This document shows, in pieces, positions 8,949 to 21,375 of a stretch of DNA of 32,905 bases. Position 1 is the stretch's first letter. The number at the start of each line of letters is the position of its first letter. Below the pieces are notes generated by a model. The model did no database searches. It worked only from the letters and a program-made list of their open reading frames with translations, and was not told where the DNA came from. Source of the DNA: Octopus bimaculoides (taxonomy: Eukaryota). The stretch lies in the NCBI RefSeq assembly GCF_001194135.2, contig NC_068997.1, positions 38,115,875 through 38,148,779 on the forward strand, written 5' to 3'. Both the position numbers and the translations under genes were made by a program.

Positions 8949-10280
8949 ATTGTGAACCAAGTTTGAATAAGAATTCTGAGTCTTCCAGTAGGTTGGGGTA
9001 TGTTCCACAGTTTGGGCGTCCACATTTTTAACCATTGGTTTCGTGGTTGTTGTGTGAAGCTTCACATTTGTCGGGAGTCTTTTTTCAAAACACTACCATA
9101 TATATCGAGTCACAACCCTAGAAACAATGAGGCATGCAACACTATTGTATGAAATCTACCTATGTTCACTAGGGATGTAAAAATGAACAACATTCATCAA
9201 ATGCAAAAAGCAACAAAAATAGTTGAAAATTTATTTATCGAAAAATTCAGAACACGCCTAAATACGAACGCATAATCAACTTTGATCTCAGTCTATATTT
9301 TAATTCATAATTACATACCCATCACTGTGAATATTTCATCTCATTACTCTAGCTTTTGAGTTTTCGTATATTCATTTATCTCTCCCTCCCAAAATGAGTT
9401 ATTACCTCCCCTGTTCAAAATAATAATGATCACCAATTATATCCCCTTACATTTTTTACTTGTTGATTCATTCACAAACTCACAAACTTCCACTTACAGC
9501 ATGGACTAAAATCTAAAGAAAATACGAAATTACAATAATTTCAATGTCATGATTAGCGAGAACAAAACCGGTCGACAGCATAACACTTTTATAAAATATA
9601 TTAAAAAATACATCAAAACTATGTAAACTGTGTACATTTTCCTTCTTTTATTTTATATATACATAAAACTTACTTGGGATGTATGGATGTATATGTGTGT
9701 GAGGAAAAATATGGCTGCTCGTGTGAAATGAAAAATAAAAATAATTGTAGTCATGTACAACAATTATCGGAAAGGACCTAAAATAGACATGGATAAACCC
9801 ATATCAATGGCCACCTTTTTATTTAGATACCATCTTGGTAAAAGCTGGTATCATTTGTCTGGAAAGTACCAAGCTACATACAAAACAAGATGACATGTTT
9901 TACGACTGGAAACACACGAGTCTTTACGGTTAATAACAAACTGCTGCGAATAACCAGAAAAAAAAACAGATGCAGAGTATAAATAAGTACTGTAGTATTT
10001 TCCGTATGTCTCTATCTTAAGTCGAAAGATACCTTTGCATATTCACTGCTACATGTTTATTTTTGGTTTTTGTTATTTTTATAGCAGACTCTTGTCTCAT
10101 TCATATTTTCAGTCGTCAAGTTTTTTCAACGCCCCCTTTGTTTTAGATCGTAAAACTTGTCTTCATTTTGTCTTCTTTTGATCTTGGTGCTTTCCAGTCG
10201 AACGATTTCACCTTTTGCAAGCTCCGAAACCTTGATGACTGTGGATATAAAGTTAGTTGACAAAATTGATTTATTCATTA

Positions 10281-10696
10281 GGCGCAGGAGTAGCTGTGTG
10301 GTAAGTAGTTTGCTTACCAACCACATGGTTTCGGGTTCATTCCCACTGCGTGGCACCTTGGGCAAGTGTCTTCTACTATAGCCTCGGGCCGACCAAAGCC
10401 TTGTAAGTGGATTTGGTAGACGGAAACTGAAAGAAGCCCCTCGTATATATATGCATACATATATGTATATGCATACATATATGTATGTGTGTGTCTGTGT
10501 TTGTCCCCCCAACATCGCTTGACAACCGATGCTGGTGTGTTTACGGCCCCGTAACTTAGCGGTTCGGCAAAAAGTGACCGATAGAATAAGTACTAGGTTT
10601 ACAAAAAATAAGTCCTGGAGGTCGATTTTCTTGACTAACGGTGGTGCTCCAGTATGGCCGCAGTCAAATGACTGAAACAAGTAAAAGAGTAAAGAG
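10281..10696 (+). mobile_element. Near full-length SINE family A
   Basis: A-box-like TAGCTGTGTGG, B-box-like GGTTCATTCCC, conserved body, internal (TA/TATG)n, 3' AAGTAAAAGAGTAAAGAG tail; multiple homologues in the window. Confidence 0.9.
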
Positions 10697-10739
10697 CTAT
10701 CTTTTGTTCTTTCTGTTAATTATTGGGCACGTCCTCCGC

Positions 10740-11070
10740 CGTTTCCATTTTCCTTTCCAGCGTCCACCGTCATTTTTTCATAGTAACTTTTGCTTTTCTC
10801 TCACTGTCATTCATGCTTACTCTCACTCTAGTTTGCCTTATCTCCCTCACTATTTTTCTCCCGCTCTATTTCCCTCATCCCCTTCCCTGTTTTTCTCTCA
10901 TTCTATCTTGCTTTTCCCTCCCTTACTATCTTTCTTTCGGCCGATCTTGCTCAGTCTCTCTCTCCCCCTCTTTCTTTTACTTGCTCTATCCTTCCCCTTT
11001 TGTCTCCTTGCCTTTCTCTCTATCTCTTTCTCCCTCCATTATCCCCATTTCCTTTCTGCCGGCCTCCTGA
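10740..11070. repeat. ~330-bp pyrimidine-rich low-complexity tract
   Basis: C/T-dominated; explains the F/S/L/P-rich ORFs 10641..11090 and 10723..11070. Confidence 0.85.
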
Positions 11071-12189
11071 TATTCCCCAATGCCTTCTGAGCATCACACT
11101 GACCACACGTCTTCAATATTTCTCTTTATTTGTATTGCTTATCCAGACGACGGTATTTGTATTTTCCATTACACCAGTATCTCCCGTTTGCCTCTGTTTT
11201 AAGATGAATGATATATTTGCGTATATTCTGAATTAGTTTGTTTTCGTTTTAAACACTTGTTTTTCATCTCTATCTTGTTTGTTTTCATCCGTAAGACATC
11301 TTTAAACCTTCGAGTGTTTTCAGTCGTAAGACTTCTCTTGAATTTATTCTGTATGAATCCTGGGGCATTCAAGAAGGACAAGCTATTCTTTTGTCCTAAT
11401 TCTCGTACCTGTCTTTCACCATTACTTTGATTTTTTACACACACGCACACACACATACACACACACAGAGACACACAGACACACACACACACGTATTAAT
11501 GCATAAAGTAAACAATAGAATCCGAACATAAATTGCAATGGCTTCTACAAACAGTTGAAAATTGGAAAAGATATTGTGACGGACATGTTGAATACCCACT
11601 ATTTGATTATTTAATTAGTTTGTTTTGTTTCAAAAGTTTCTTCAGAATCTTGTTTTCAACAGATTTTACCAAAAAATACCTTTCTAAAATGTTGGCTAAC
11701 ACCACCCCCGCCAATATACACATACTGTTTTTTACGTTAAATTTGTTTATGAATCTCCTGTGGAAAATTATGGAGATTACAATTCATAAAAGAATTCTTA
11801 CAAGATTTTATTTATTTACCCCTCCCGTCTTTCAAAATCCCACCTTACCTTCATATCAATATTGTGGACATTTTTAAACCCAGCCACCCGTTTTCGCATG
11901 TGGAGATGCGTGTTGAACAACAGGAGAAATGAGGGAAGCTGCATTGTCGTCGCTTAACATGCTTGAGATAAGAGTAAAATTTCTAGAGAATAATTTTTTC
12001 CAAAATTTCACTTTTCGAAATCAACTTCCTTCCCGGCTTTTGGAATAACAACATTCACCCTTCTGAAATAAGTAATAGTTTTCTCTTCACGGCTAAAATC
12101 GTATGGTACGACTCGGTTTTTTCCCTGGACCTCAGTTATAATTCCATTCACATCCAGGATAGCATTGTTTTTCATACACAAAAAGGGGT

Positions 12190-12370
12190 TCCTGAGGTAT
12201 TGTGAGAACTGAAAAGGAAGCGACCATATCACCAGGTTTCAAAAATTAAGGTTATTTACAATATCTAAAACTTATTTTAACCACGTTAGCGAAGTAATTC
12301 GTGGTACCTTCAAAGTATTTCTCTGGAATGCTAACATGATCAAACCGTTGTTGCCCCAAACTGGTCGATT
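12190..12370 (-). mobile_element. Possible highly degraded Tc1/mariner 3' end
   Basis: Minus strand reads QRFDHVSIPEKYFEG, similar to the mariner C-terminal W..RW.KC...G.YFEG; no clear TIR. Confidence 0.3.
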
Positions 12371-13508
12371 GATATTTACTGTAATATTTTCTGAGTAACT
12401 TCATTCAATTCTTCTACCGCTATTTTATTAGCATTTTCTACGTCTTGAGTTCTCCATTAGCATTCTTGTATAATTTATTTTTGGTCAATTTGCAACATTT
12501 AATTTAATTTTATTGTTTAATTTTTTTCAAGAAAAATTAATTTTGTTATATTTTGTACTTTTTGAGTAAGATAAAACCGATTACTTTTTAACTGTAAAAG
12601 TGTTACTTGTAAAAAGAATGAACCAGCAGGGAAAATGCAGTCACAAAAACGATAATATTCTTAATTTAATGTGGAGAAGTACAGGACATGAGTTGGAAAC
12701 TTTATAATATTTCAGCTGAAAATGGAATTGAAATTTTTTTTAAATGTTGGTTTTAGTTTCATTAACAGTGAACTCCCTCATTAGATGTTTACAGCCACTT
12801 TGAAAAAAAAATTCTATATGGATCTTCCTATATTTACTCCCTATAAAATGAATTGTGACAGCTGTTGTGGTATTGAACCGTTGAACATTTTTAAATGTTC
12901 AACTACCTTCTCATGGTTATTTCAACTTTATTTGAGCTGACTTTAGACATAGAGAACATGAACTGATGTACAAAAAAGAATGAGTAGGATGTACTTAAAT
13001 CATTTAGTAATAGTAAATGTAGGCAGTAATATTCTGTGAGCTCATAAATAATGAAAGATAAACGGTATAGTGATTTCAGTGAGGTGTCTCTTCTCCAATA
13101 AAAAATGAAAATTTATTTCCAAAAGCTTATCTAGTCTATCTTTTAAACTCTAAGAAATCCAACACACTTCGTCTCTTGACACACGGGACCACCACCATCC
13201 CGGCACTCGTGTCTTTTATAAAGCTTCATCACCACACCTCCTTTTCCAGAGTGTACAAAATCTTCTTCAGACTCGCACACGAGAGAGTGTTTTGGAGTAA
13301 AGAATATGTTCAAATTTGACCACACCACGAACATGTTGTTCAACGACACCCTAGTTTTCCCTTTAATTTTCTCCATACTTTTTTCTCCATCCGAATTAGG
13401 TTTCCTTTGTTTCAGTCAATTTATTTGAAATTTTCTCATATGAAGCTTCTCAATTCATTTTAAAAGACGCAGGAAATAAATATTCTGTGCTCATATAGAA
13501 ATAAAAAC

Positions 13509-14140
13509 CTGACAAAAGCTGAAAAAGATTCCTTCGGAACACTGGCAGCGAAATAAAACAGAGATAAAATAAATATGTGATTAATTTCCGTTTTAAGTGA
13601 TTTGCAGTAATATATTAAAATAATTACGCTACACATTTAATATCGATTTTTCTTCAGTTAATCTGTTTAATATTCTTAACACTTACTCATTCTCATTCGG
13701 CTTAACTTGGGGAACTTATCAAAAGCAAATATATAGTACCTCTTAAATCCAACAAGTGAACTGTCCCAACAAAATATCTACTTTTGACCGAAATATACTT
13801 GCATCGGAAACCACTTACATAGTCAGAAATGGTTATTTCAGTGTATAATGGTACTCGAGTCTCAAGTCTCTCTGCATCAGAGTATTCTTTAAACTGATAA
13901 TTGTGTGTAGTATAACTCATCTTAAACAAATGTTTTAAACATACACTAGTCACAATGTTTGGGGAACTTACAAGAAAATCAATTATTTAGAATTTATCGG
14001 AACATAAAATTTAACAAGTAATTTTTGTCCTTTTCTTTTTTGCTAGACATTCCTGGCTAGTGTACCTTACGGTTTGGAATCACAGAGTTTCGAAAATTGA
14101 TATTTTTCATTCGTGACTTAGAGCCTTGTATAACTGCAAT
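13509..14140 (-). CDS. Candidate cluster of small coding exons (14066-14140, 13819-13920, 13687-13714, 13509-13541), product unknown
   Basis: AG/GT-bounded segments join in phase to give IAVIQGSKSRMKNINFRNSVIPNRK|MSYTTHNYQFKEYSDAERLETRVPLYTEITISDY|FPKLSRMRM|MFRRNLFQLLS. Strong acceptors at 14141 and 13542; GTAAGT donors at 13818 and 13686. No recognised domain, and chance chaining is possible. Confidence 0.3.
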
Positions 14141-15382
14141 CTGAAGACAGAGAATAGAGAATTTGTCCTATTATAGAATACCTTTAACATTGTCATATGA
14201 TCTAAAAATGCAATCTCAATTCATTTCAATTCTGTACCTGTGTTATTCTGTATCAAACTTTCAATTTTTTTTTTAATCTCTACTATTTATTGCTCTCTTC
14301 AGATTCATTACAATACAATACACATAAATGTAAATGTTTTCCAGCATCATCGATGCCTCACAATGACACTCATTACATCAAAATATATTTCCTGGTTAAA
14401 GCAACATTTCGGTAGTTTTGACTTTATGAAAGTAACCAAACGTTATCAATAAGAGGATACTACATTCACAGACAGATAAAATATATATTCTTATTTACGA
14501 AAGCAAGTAGTAATCTATTCTTGGAGTAAGGTTATATTTAAGTAAAAACATTTACAAATATAAATCTCAGACAGAAATAGCTAATTAAACTATTTCTATA
14601 AAGTAAATAACTGGAAAATGATGTTACTCGATCTTTATATTTTGATATTTATCGATTATTTTCTTTTCCTCCTGTGATTTACAATCAAAAAGATATGAAG
14701 TGAACAGAATGTAATAGAACCTATTCGGAAATATTGACAGTTACTATATACCACACAGGTTAATACTTTCTGTCAGTCGTAAGCTGAACGTGTTCCCTCC
14801 TCGAATAACATCAATTCATATTTATCTTTTCTAAAATAGTTGCTCCAGCCGACATGAGGAATATTCTATCGTTTCCGATACCAGGTTCCATTCAATACAG
14901 AGAAATATTTTGTTTGCTTTGAAATCTCATACCTATATTGTTTTCATTTCTTCATTACAATTTTATTACGTTTCCTTTCTCGAATCTAAATATCAAATTT
15001 CAGCCATTGACAAAGACAGCAAGTTAGAAGTCACTGACTGACAAAAAGAAAAAAAAAGAAATACACGATGTATAAGCTACATCTCATTCAAGCAATCGTT
15101 TTTTGTCATTTCTGTGCGTAATTTTGATATTTCTTTGATAAGTAGCGACACCAATATCGTTCTCAGTATTTATTATTATTTTTTTTATACTTAGAAAGAT
15201 ACCGATACCAGATTGTCAAGTCACCTAACGTCAAATTATTGTAATATATAAAATACGATGGTTACATAATTCAGAGGAAAATATTATAACACAGCAGGAA
15301 GATAATATTTTTAAACTGATTAAAAAAGTTTTACTCTAATGAAAAATCCCTCCACCACCCACAAAAAATTTATAAGCACATA

Positions 15383-16263
15383 CGAAGTCTGATCAATAAG
15401 TATCCGGATTTTTGCCGTAGTAATGAAGCTGAAGCACGCACAGTAAAGCCAGTTGGCAAAACTTGACTTTGAACTCTGTTGTCCATGCGCACTGAGTTTT
15501 AACGTTCTAGCTCACTGCCGATGTTTAAGCAGTGCTTGGAAGGAACGTGTGTAGTGATCGTCGCATTGGCCATGACAGAGAAAGTTGTTTTGGCGATACC
15601 CGCTCAGAGGCCTACGTAAAATTTCAGAAAGTGTATGGAGAGGAGTGTATGAGCCGCACACAAATGTATGAGGGGTTCAGACATTTCCAGGATGGCAGAA
15701 AAAATATCGATATCGACGAACGTTCAGGAAGACCCGCAACCAGCAGAACTGAGAAAAACATCGCAGATGTGAGTGCAGCTGTGAAGGGAAATCGTCGAAT
15801 CACCATCCGTGAGCTATCAGAGGATTTGCAGATTAGTTACGATTAAGTTCACTCCATTATCACTGAAGATTTGGATATAAGACATGTGTCTGCCAAGTTT
15901 GTGCCAAAACTGCTTTCAGCTGTCACTCGGGTTTCTATTGCACAAGAACTCTTTGATTGTGTCAAGAACAATGAAAACTTTTTCAAAATTTTGTTAACGC
16001 CTCTGAGCAGGTATCGCCAAACTTTTGGCAAAATTTGATGCAGATTCTTTGCTCAACTTCTTCTATCATGGTCAATGAGATGATCACACGCTACACACCT
16101 TACTTCCAAGCATTGTTGTAAACAGCGGAAATGAACTAGAATGTTAAAACTTAGCGCGCATGGACCCCAGAGTTCAAGGTCAATTTTTGCTAAGCGGCTT
16201 CACTCTGCATGCTTTAGCTTCATTACTATGGCAACAGTCTGGATACTTATTGATCAGAGCCCG
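15383..16263 (+). mobile_element. Non-autonomous mariner derivative made of two inverted 5' ends (long TIRs), TA target site duplication
   Basis: TA at 15381-82 and 16264-65; TIR core TCTGATCAATAAGTATCC at both ends. The left arm encodes a mariner N-terminus (DERSGRPATS, RRITIRELSEDL, VSAKFVPKLL). The right arm's reverse complement repeats the 5' UTR and ORF start (MIEEVEQRICIKFCQKFGDTCSEA). Confidence 0.9.
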
Positions 16264-16286
16264 TATATGAAAATATTTAACATAAC

Positions 16287-16633
16287 TGTGTGACACCTTG
16301 GGCAAGTGTCTTCTACTATAGTTTCAGGGCGACTAAACCTTGTGAGTGGATTTATTAGACGGAAACTGAAAAAATCCCATCCTGTCGTATAAATATATGT
16401 GCAATTGTGTGTGTGTATGTGTGCCTGTATCTTTGTGTTTATGTTTGTCTCCCATCACCGCTTGACAATCGATGCTGGTGTGTTTACGTCCCTATAACTT
16501 AGGAGTTCTGCAAAAGAGATCAATAGAATAAGTACTTAAAAAATAAGTCCTGGGTAGATTTATTCGACTAAAAAATTCTCCAAGGCGGTGCTCCTGTTTG
16601 GCCGCAGTCATATGACTGAAACGAGTAAAAGAT
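16287..16633 (+). mobile_element. SINE family A, 5'-truncated
   Basis: Homologous to 10345-10690. Confidence 0.85.
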
Positions 16634-16812
16634 ATTTTTTAAAAAACTAGCAAAAGTACCCAACATGTCCAGGTGCTGGTTAAATAGAAACAATTCTTTT
16701 TTCTTCAACTAATGAACTTAAACCAATTTTTGATGTACTTATATGTGTTTCTTCCAACACAGTGCAAAATTAACTATCCGATTAATTTAGAATAATGTTT
16801 TACAAATATACG

Positions 16813-17022
16813 TTTCAAATTTTGGTACAAGGCCAACAATTTCTGGGGAAGGGGTAAGTCGATTACTTCAACCCCAGTATGCAAGCGGTATTTGTTTTAT
16901 CTACCGCGAAAGGATGAAAGGAAAAGTCGATATCGGCGGAATTTGAACCCAGAAAGTAGACAGATGAAATACTGTAAAGCATTTTGCCCGGCATGCAAAC
17001 GATTCTGACAGGTCGCTGCCTA
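16813..17022 (-). mobile_element. SINE family B
   Basis: Reverse complement homologous to 25928-26100 and 6892-7088. Confidence 0.8.
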
Positions 17023-17173
17023 ATGTTTAACAAATATAAACAAATTAAAATAGAAAGCAATTAAAGGATAAACTATTTCCCACTTTCCACGGAATTTAAA
17101 ACCGCATACTAACTGTTAGAAATACTTTGTTTTTCAATGGGGAGATTTAATAACTACAATATTCCAATATATA

Positions 17174-17490
17174 AGGAGCATTCCAGAAGTTTTGAGACTT
17201 TTCCTAAAGAGACATTTATTAATTTCCAAGAAGTACAGAACTCTAATCTCTTTCAAAGTAGTATTCTCTAACTTAAATGCACTTGATGTAGTGCTCCAGC
17301 CATTTCGTGAAAGCCCCATGGAAGTCTTCTAAAGTTAAGATGACCAAAACCTTTGTCACAACCTCCTTCATCTTCTCCTTCAGCCCGGGAAATAACCAAG
17401 ATTCACAGGGAATAAGGTCTGGACTGTAGAAAGGGTAAAGAGCAGTTCTGATGCCCTTCTCTGTCAAGTAGTTGGTTGCCAGGATGAGAC
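17174..17490 (-). mobile_element. Mariner transposase C-terminal remnant with one TIR-like end
   Basis: ORF 17273..17518: YPFYSPDLIPCESWLFPGLK...FHGAFTKWLEHYIKCI (YSPDL motif). TIR-like AAGGAGCATTCCAGAAGTTTTGAGACT next to TA at ~17172. Confidence 0.85.
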
Positions 17491-18329
17491 GAATGTGAGA
17501 AAATGTGTAAAACAGCAAAACACGAGTAGAGTTAAAGAAAGAGATAAAAGTAAAAAGAGACGATGAGAGAAGTGATCCAGTATGGCCGCAGCTCCCAATC
17601 TGAAACTAGTTAAACAATTATATTATGAAAGAGAGTGAAAAACAGATTTTGATGTCAAAAATTGACAACGTTTCTGTTCTTCATACTACATCTACTCTAC
17701 TACAACTGCATGTAAATATCTTGATTCCAAAGTTTGGACCACGAACTCGAGGTTTTTATGCAAATTGAGAAATAGTCATGTGGTTTCAAGACAAACAAAC
17801 ATTGATGCTTGTAGATATAGATATATAAAGGTAGAGTGACAACAGAAACAGCAAAATCTCAGACAAGATTATGGTCAACCTGTTTCAACAGACGATAAAT
17901 TATATACCTGGCAAGTATTGGTATCGGTTCAATCGCCTTTACTCCTTCCATTCTATTATCACAATTTAAAATCTTTATGGAAGGAAAACAATTTTCGTTG
18001 CAATGTTTTGCCAGAAATTTAGACATTGTTTAAACATAATCAGTTTCAGATGCATTTATATGAGCCACTCCATTGTTAAAAGGTCTCTTAATGATACAGA
18101 ATGACAATGATTTTGTAACCCATTTCTCAAATAGATCATTTAGTAAAACAATCATCCAGGAATGATTATGATGTACCAGACACATTGATCAAAAGAAATT
18201 TCATTTGGACTTATAGCTGTTATCTCGGCGTTAATGGTGGAATGCTGTGATCCACTTAGAACCATAGTTCCAATATTTATTCTCGTACATTAACTATGAA
18301 TTAATCATGAGAATTGCAGCCGAATGAAT

Positions 18330-19218
18330 ATTTAGGAGGTGAACTGTGGATTTGTTGCGGGAATGACGTTAAACTGCAACCTAGGGTTTTCTTGAGTAAG
18401 GATAGCACCTTTTAGCTTCTCGTGCCAGGGTTACTGTAAGGCTGTTGGCAATAAGGCAGTGGATAGCTTAAGATGATGAAGAAATGGTTCTCGTGACCTT
18501 TATGATAAATGCCTGGCGTAATACAGTGTACCTGTAATTCATACGGCAGAAATTAACCGTCGGTTAGTTGGCACTGCGATTGAGAAAGGAACATTGAGGG
18601 CTCCACCTCTCTTATCTTCTCTCCTGGCCACTCTCTATGATACGTCTGACTATACTGAAACTTCAGACCACATCGATCGTCGCGTGGGTCACTAAGGAGC
18701 GCATTGGACAGTGAAGAGTCAGGTTGGTAATGATAAGCGTGCTACTGGAAAATAACTTAGATCAAAGTTCAGAATTGGAACATTGAACACATGAAAACTG
18801 AAAGAAATGGGTAAGTTGAATATTATATGTAATGAAATAGACAATAACAAGATAAAAATTCTTGGTATATGCAAAGTAAATTGAACAAGTAGTGAAATTT
18901 TTAAAACTCATGACTAAAAAATAATAATTTTCTCAGTAAAGTTGAAAGAAACTGACTACAAGCACGGTCTAAAGACAATTCTATCTAAAATCTAAAAAAA
19001 AGCACTTTTAGACTACAGACCCATCTCAGACAGTCTTTAAAATTGGGCTCAAAGCAAAACCATAAGATATTAGTTTGGTACAGCGTTACGCGCTAACAAT
19101 TATAGCAAATGATGAAGAAATGGAAAAGTTTACAATTGTCTCAAAAAAAAAACCTTGACAGCATATCAAGTCGAGGTTTTAAGATGGTTATGGGAGACTT
19201 TAATGCTAAAGTAGGATA
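18330..19218 (+). mobile_element. RTE-clade LINE 5' fragment (probable 5' UTR plus decayed APE endonuclease)
   Basis: From ~18765, with stops and frameshifts: FRIGTLNT...GKLNIICNEIDNNKIKILGICKVN...ISLVQRYALT..ANDEEMEKF...KMVMGDFNAKVG (GDFNAKVG APE motif). The upstream boundary is inferred from higher GC only. Confidence 0.85.
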
Positions 19219-19852
19219 ACAATCCAGACTGCTTCGCTAATCCAGTAACAACAATACAAAGTATGTAGCCCTTAAAACGGTCTTTCTTCAGTTATTGAGA
19301 ATACCGAACTGTCTTACACAGGATCTTGTTTTTAGGAATTCCCAATAAGATATGAATACTTAAATTGTGAAATCAGTTATGTAATAACATGAAATTAACT
19401 ACCCGATAGTAAGAATTCAAATAAAGTAGCCCCGAAAAGAGCTTTAATACGTTCCCAGTGTATATAGAACATAGGAGGAAATTCTAATAAGGTATATATA
19501 CTAAAATCGTGATAACAGGCTAATCAGATATGAAATAATAGCAATTTAAAGTAAATAACTCTGAAAAAAGTTTTTCTGCGTTCGCAGAGAATATTACCCT
19601 CAGCGGCGCTAGTGTCGGTATATTGGTGAATAAGTGGATCTATTGATTAGGAAAATACTATTTACTTGTTTAAGCGTTGTACTGGATACATTGCGAAAAT
19701 AACTCAAATAGTTCAAATACTAAGAAATAAGCATACTCAATTTGATTTATACGAAATAATTTACGAACATGAGTGGGTTATTTCCCTTGGCTATATATAA
19801 GGATCCCTTTCAGAAGCGAATGTGTGTGTGCGTGTGTGTATGTGTATGTATA

Positions 19853-20017
19853 TACCAGAGTAAGCACATAAATGCGAAGCAAGGTGGAAATAATAGTACT
19901 TGAATAACAGAGGTAGCGTAATACGCTTTATTAAAAAGCAGCAAAAATATCACAAAAACTGTTCGTCGGACAGTTTTGTTTAGAAAACTGTCCGACGAAC
20001 AGTTTTTGTGATATTTT
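19853..20017 (-). mobile_element. PLE pLTR-like segment containing a perfect 34-bp inverted repeat
   Basis: Arms 19944-19977 and 19984-20017 are exact reverse complements (6-nt loop). AATAAA on the minus strand at ~19927-19932. Lies 3' of the PLE remnant at 20303-20502, across a gap. Confidence 0.65.
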
Positions 20018-20302
20018 GTGATTTTTTTTTTTTTTTGTATTTTGAAAGTCGGCAAGTTTTTGCTGGAAAGGAGCGTATAGGCANNNNNNNNNNNNNNNNG
20101 CTTTCTTTTATGTTTTGATTAAACTCTTTAGGGGGGGGGCTTATATTGGGGGGGGGCTATTTGTTGGACGTCCACTCTGTTGAGGCGTATGTGTTTGTGT
20201 ATGTTCTGGTCAAACACTTTGCCTGACTCCAAGGTATTGGTGGAGGGCCGAAGTTGGGGGACTGGTGATTATAGTCATGATGGGGCACGTAGGTATGATG
20301 TA

Positions 20303-20502
20303 CTACTTTTCGTGTGAGCAAGAATTAAAAATTTCACTTTTGCAATTCAGGTAAATGACTGGGTGCTTGGAGGTCTTAAAAATTTTCTTTTGTCAGCCAG
20401 ACATAACCTATCTTCGTTTCCGGTTGCTATTGAAGTACGCTTTACATGTCTCTTGAATCTTCCACTTTATGACCATACGTGTTCGGCCAGGGTTGTGGAA
20501 TT
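20303..20502 (-). mobile_element. Penelope-like GIY-YIG C-terminal remnant
   Basis: Minus strand, with frameshifts: NSTTLAEHVWS...IKWKIQETCKAY...RLCLADK...LNCKSEIFNSCSHEK*, the typical PLE terminus (LN.RSE....C.H..K). Confidence 0.8.
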
Positions 20503-20515
20503 ACGTGTCTCCCGA

Positions 20516-20773
20516 ATGCATGTATGTATCTGTATATATCTACGTGTGTGTATCTTTCGTTCTGTGTTTGTCCCCCCATCACCTGCTTGACAACCAATGT
20601 TGTTGGTTCAGTTTCCCGTAACTTAGCCGTTCGGCAAAAGTGTCCAACAGAATAAGTATTAGGCTTTAAAAATAAGTCCCGAGATCGATTTGTTCGACTA
20701 AAACCTTTCAAGGCGGTGCCCCAGCATGGCCGCAGTGATATGACTAAAACAAGTAAAAGATAAAAGAAAAGAT
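20516..20773 (+). mobile_element. SINE family A, 3' half
   Basis: Homologous to 10490-10696. Confidence 0.85.
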
Positions 20774-21221
20774 ATAAACCTTGATTTTCCCTTTAGAATC
20801 CATTTAACAGTACGTAAAAATAAAAATAAAACACGATGTAAAAATAAGCATGTAAATAGCATAACAACTTGGATAATTAGAATATGTATATGCAGGATAT
20901 ATTACAGAGATGAAACTATCAGAGGAATATGTGAAAATAACAGATGATACTATACAGTAGAAATTAATGAATATGGTGTATATGTAGTCCCTTTGGGAAA
21001 TAATATCTTAGCTGTAAACACCATAAGTAGCGATTGTATAACTACTATTTCTAGAACCCAAATTTCTCACGCTTGATAAGATCTTGAAAAAGTTCAAATA
21101 ATGGCATGGATTCGATAATGTAACGTAAGTAAGTTTAGAAACCCTTCAAAGCAACCATTGAAATATGTTAACATAAAGCGAATATCAAGGAGACTATAGA
21201 TATATTTTATCTTTTATTTGT

Positions 21222-21323
21222 TACAGGGACGTAAACACACCAACAACGGTTGCCAAGCAATGATGGGAGGACAACGACAGACAGGCACACACACGCACAC
21301 GCACACATTCAAACACACACACA

Positions 21324-21369
<46 letters not shown>

Positions 21370-21375
21370 CATATA
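21222..21375 (-). mobile_element. SINE family A, 3' half plus internal microsatellite
   Basis: Reverse complement TTGTCCTCCCATCATTGCTTGGCAACCGTTGTTGGTGTGTTTACGTCCCTGTAAC matches 10500-10555. Confidence 0.75.

Noticed and set aside
9674-9950. Two further minus-strand exon candidates that can be chained in phase to 7278-7339
   Set aside because: All frames are open and the peptides lack the expected cNMP-domain features; chaining is likely coincidental.
11199-11359. Possible terminal exon (FIQNKFKR...IYHSS*) for the 13.5-14.1 kb cluster
   Set aside because: The phase match has a 1-in-3 chance, and a stop here conflicts with the candidate exon at 7278-7339 on the same strand.
12880-12903. 11-bp AT-rich hairpin GTTGAACATTT-TT-AAATGTTCAAC
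   Set aside because: Short and AT-rich; expected by chance at this scale, with no associated structure.
13143-13376. 77-aa minus-strand ORF
   Set aside because: No recognisable domain or splice context.
17700-18300. Possible hAT-like transposase remnant
   Set aside because: No frame gave a convincing motif by eye.
19575-19615. Small hairpin plus CAGCGGCGCTAG (CTCF-like site or Helitron 3' end)
   Set aside because: The match to CTCF is imperfect, hairpin-to-CTAG spacing is non-canonical, and there is no 5' TC partner.
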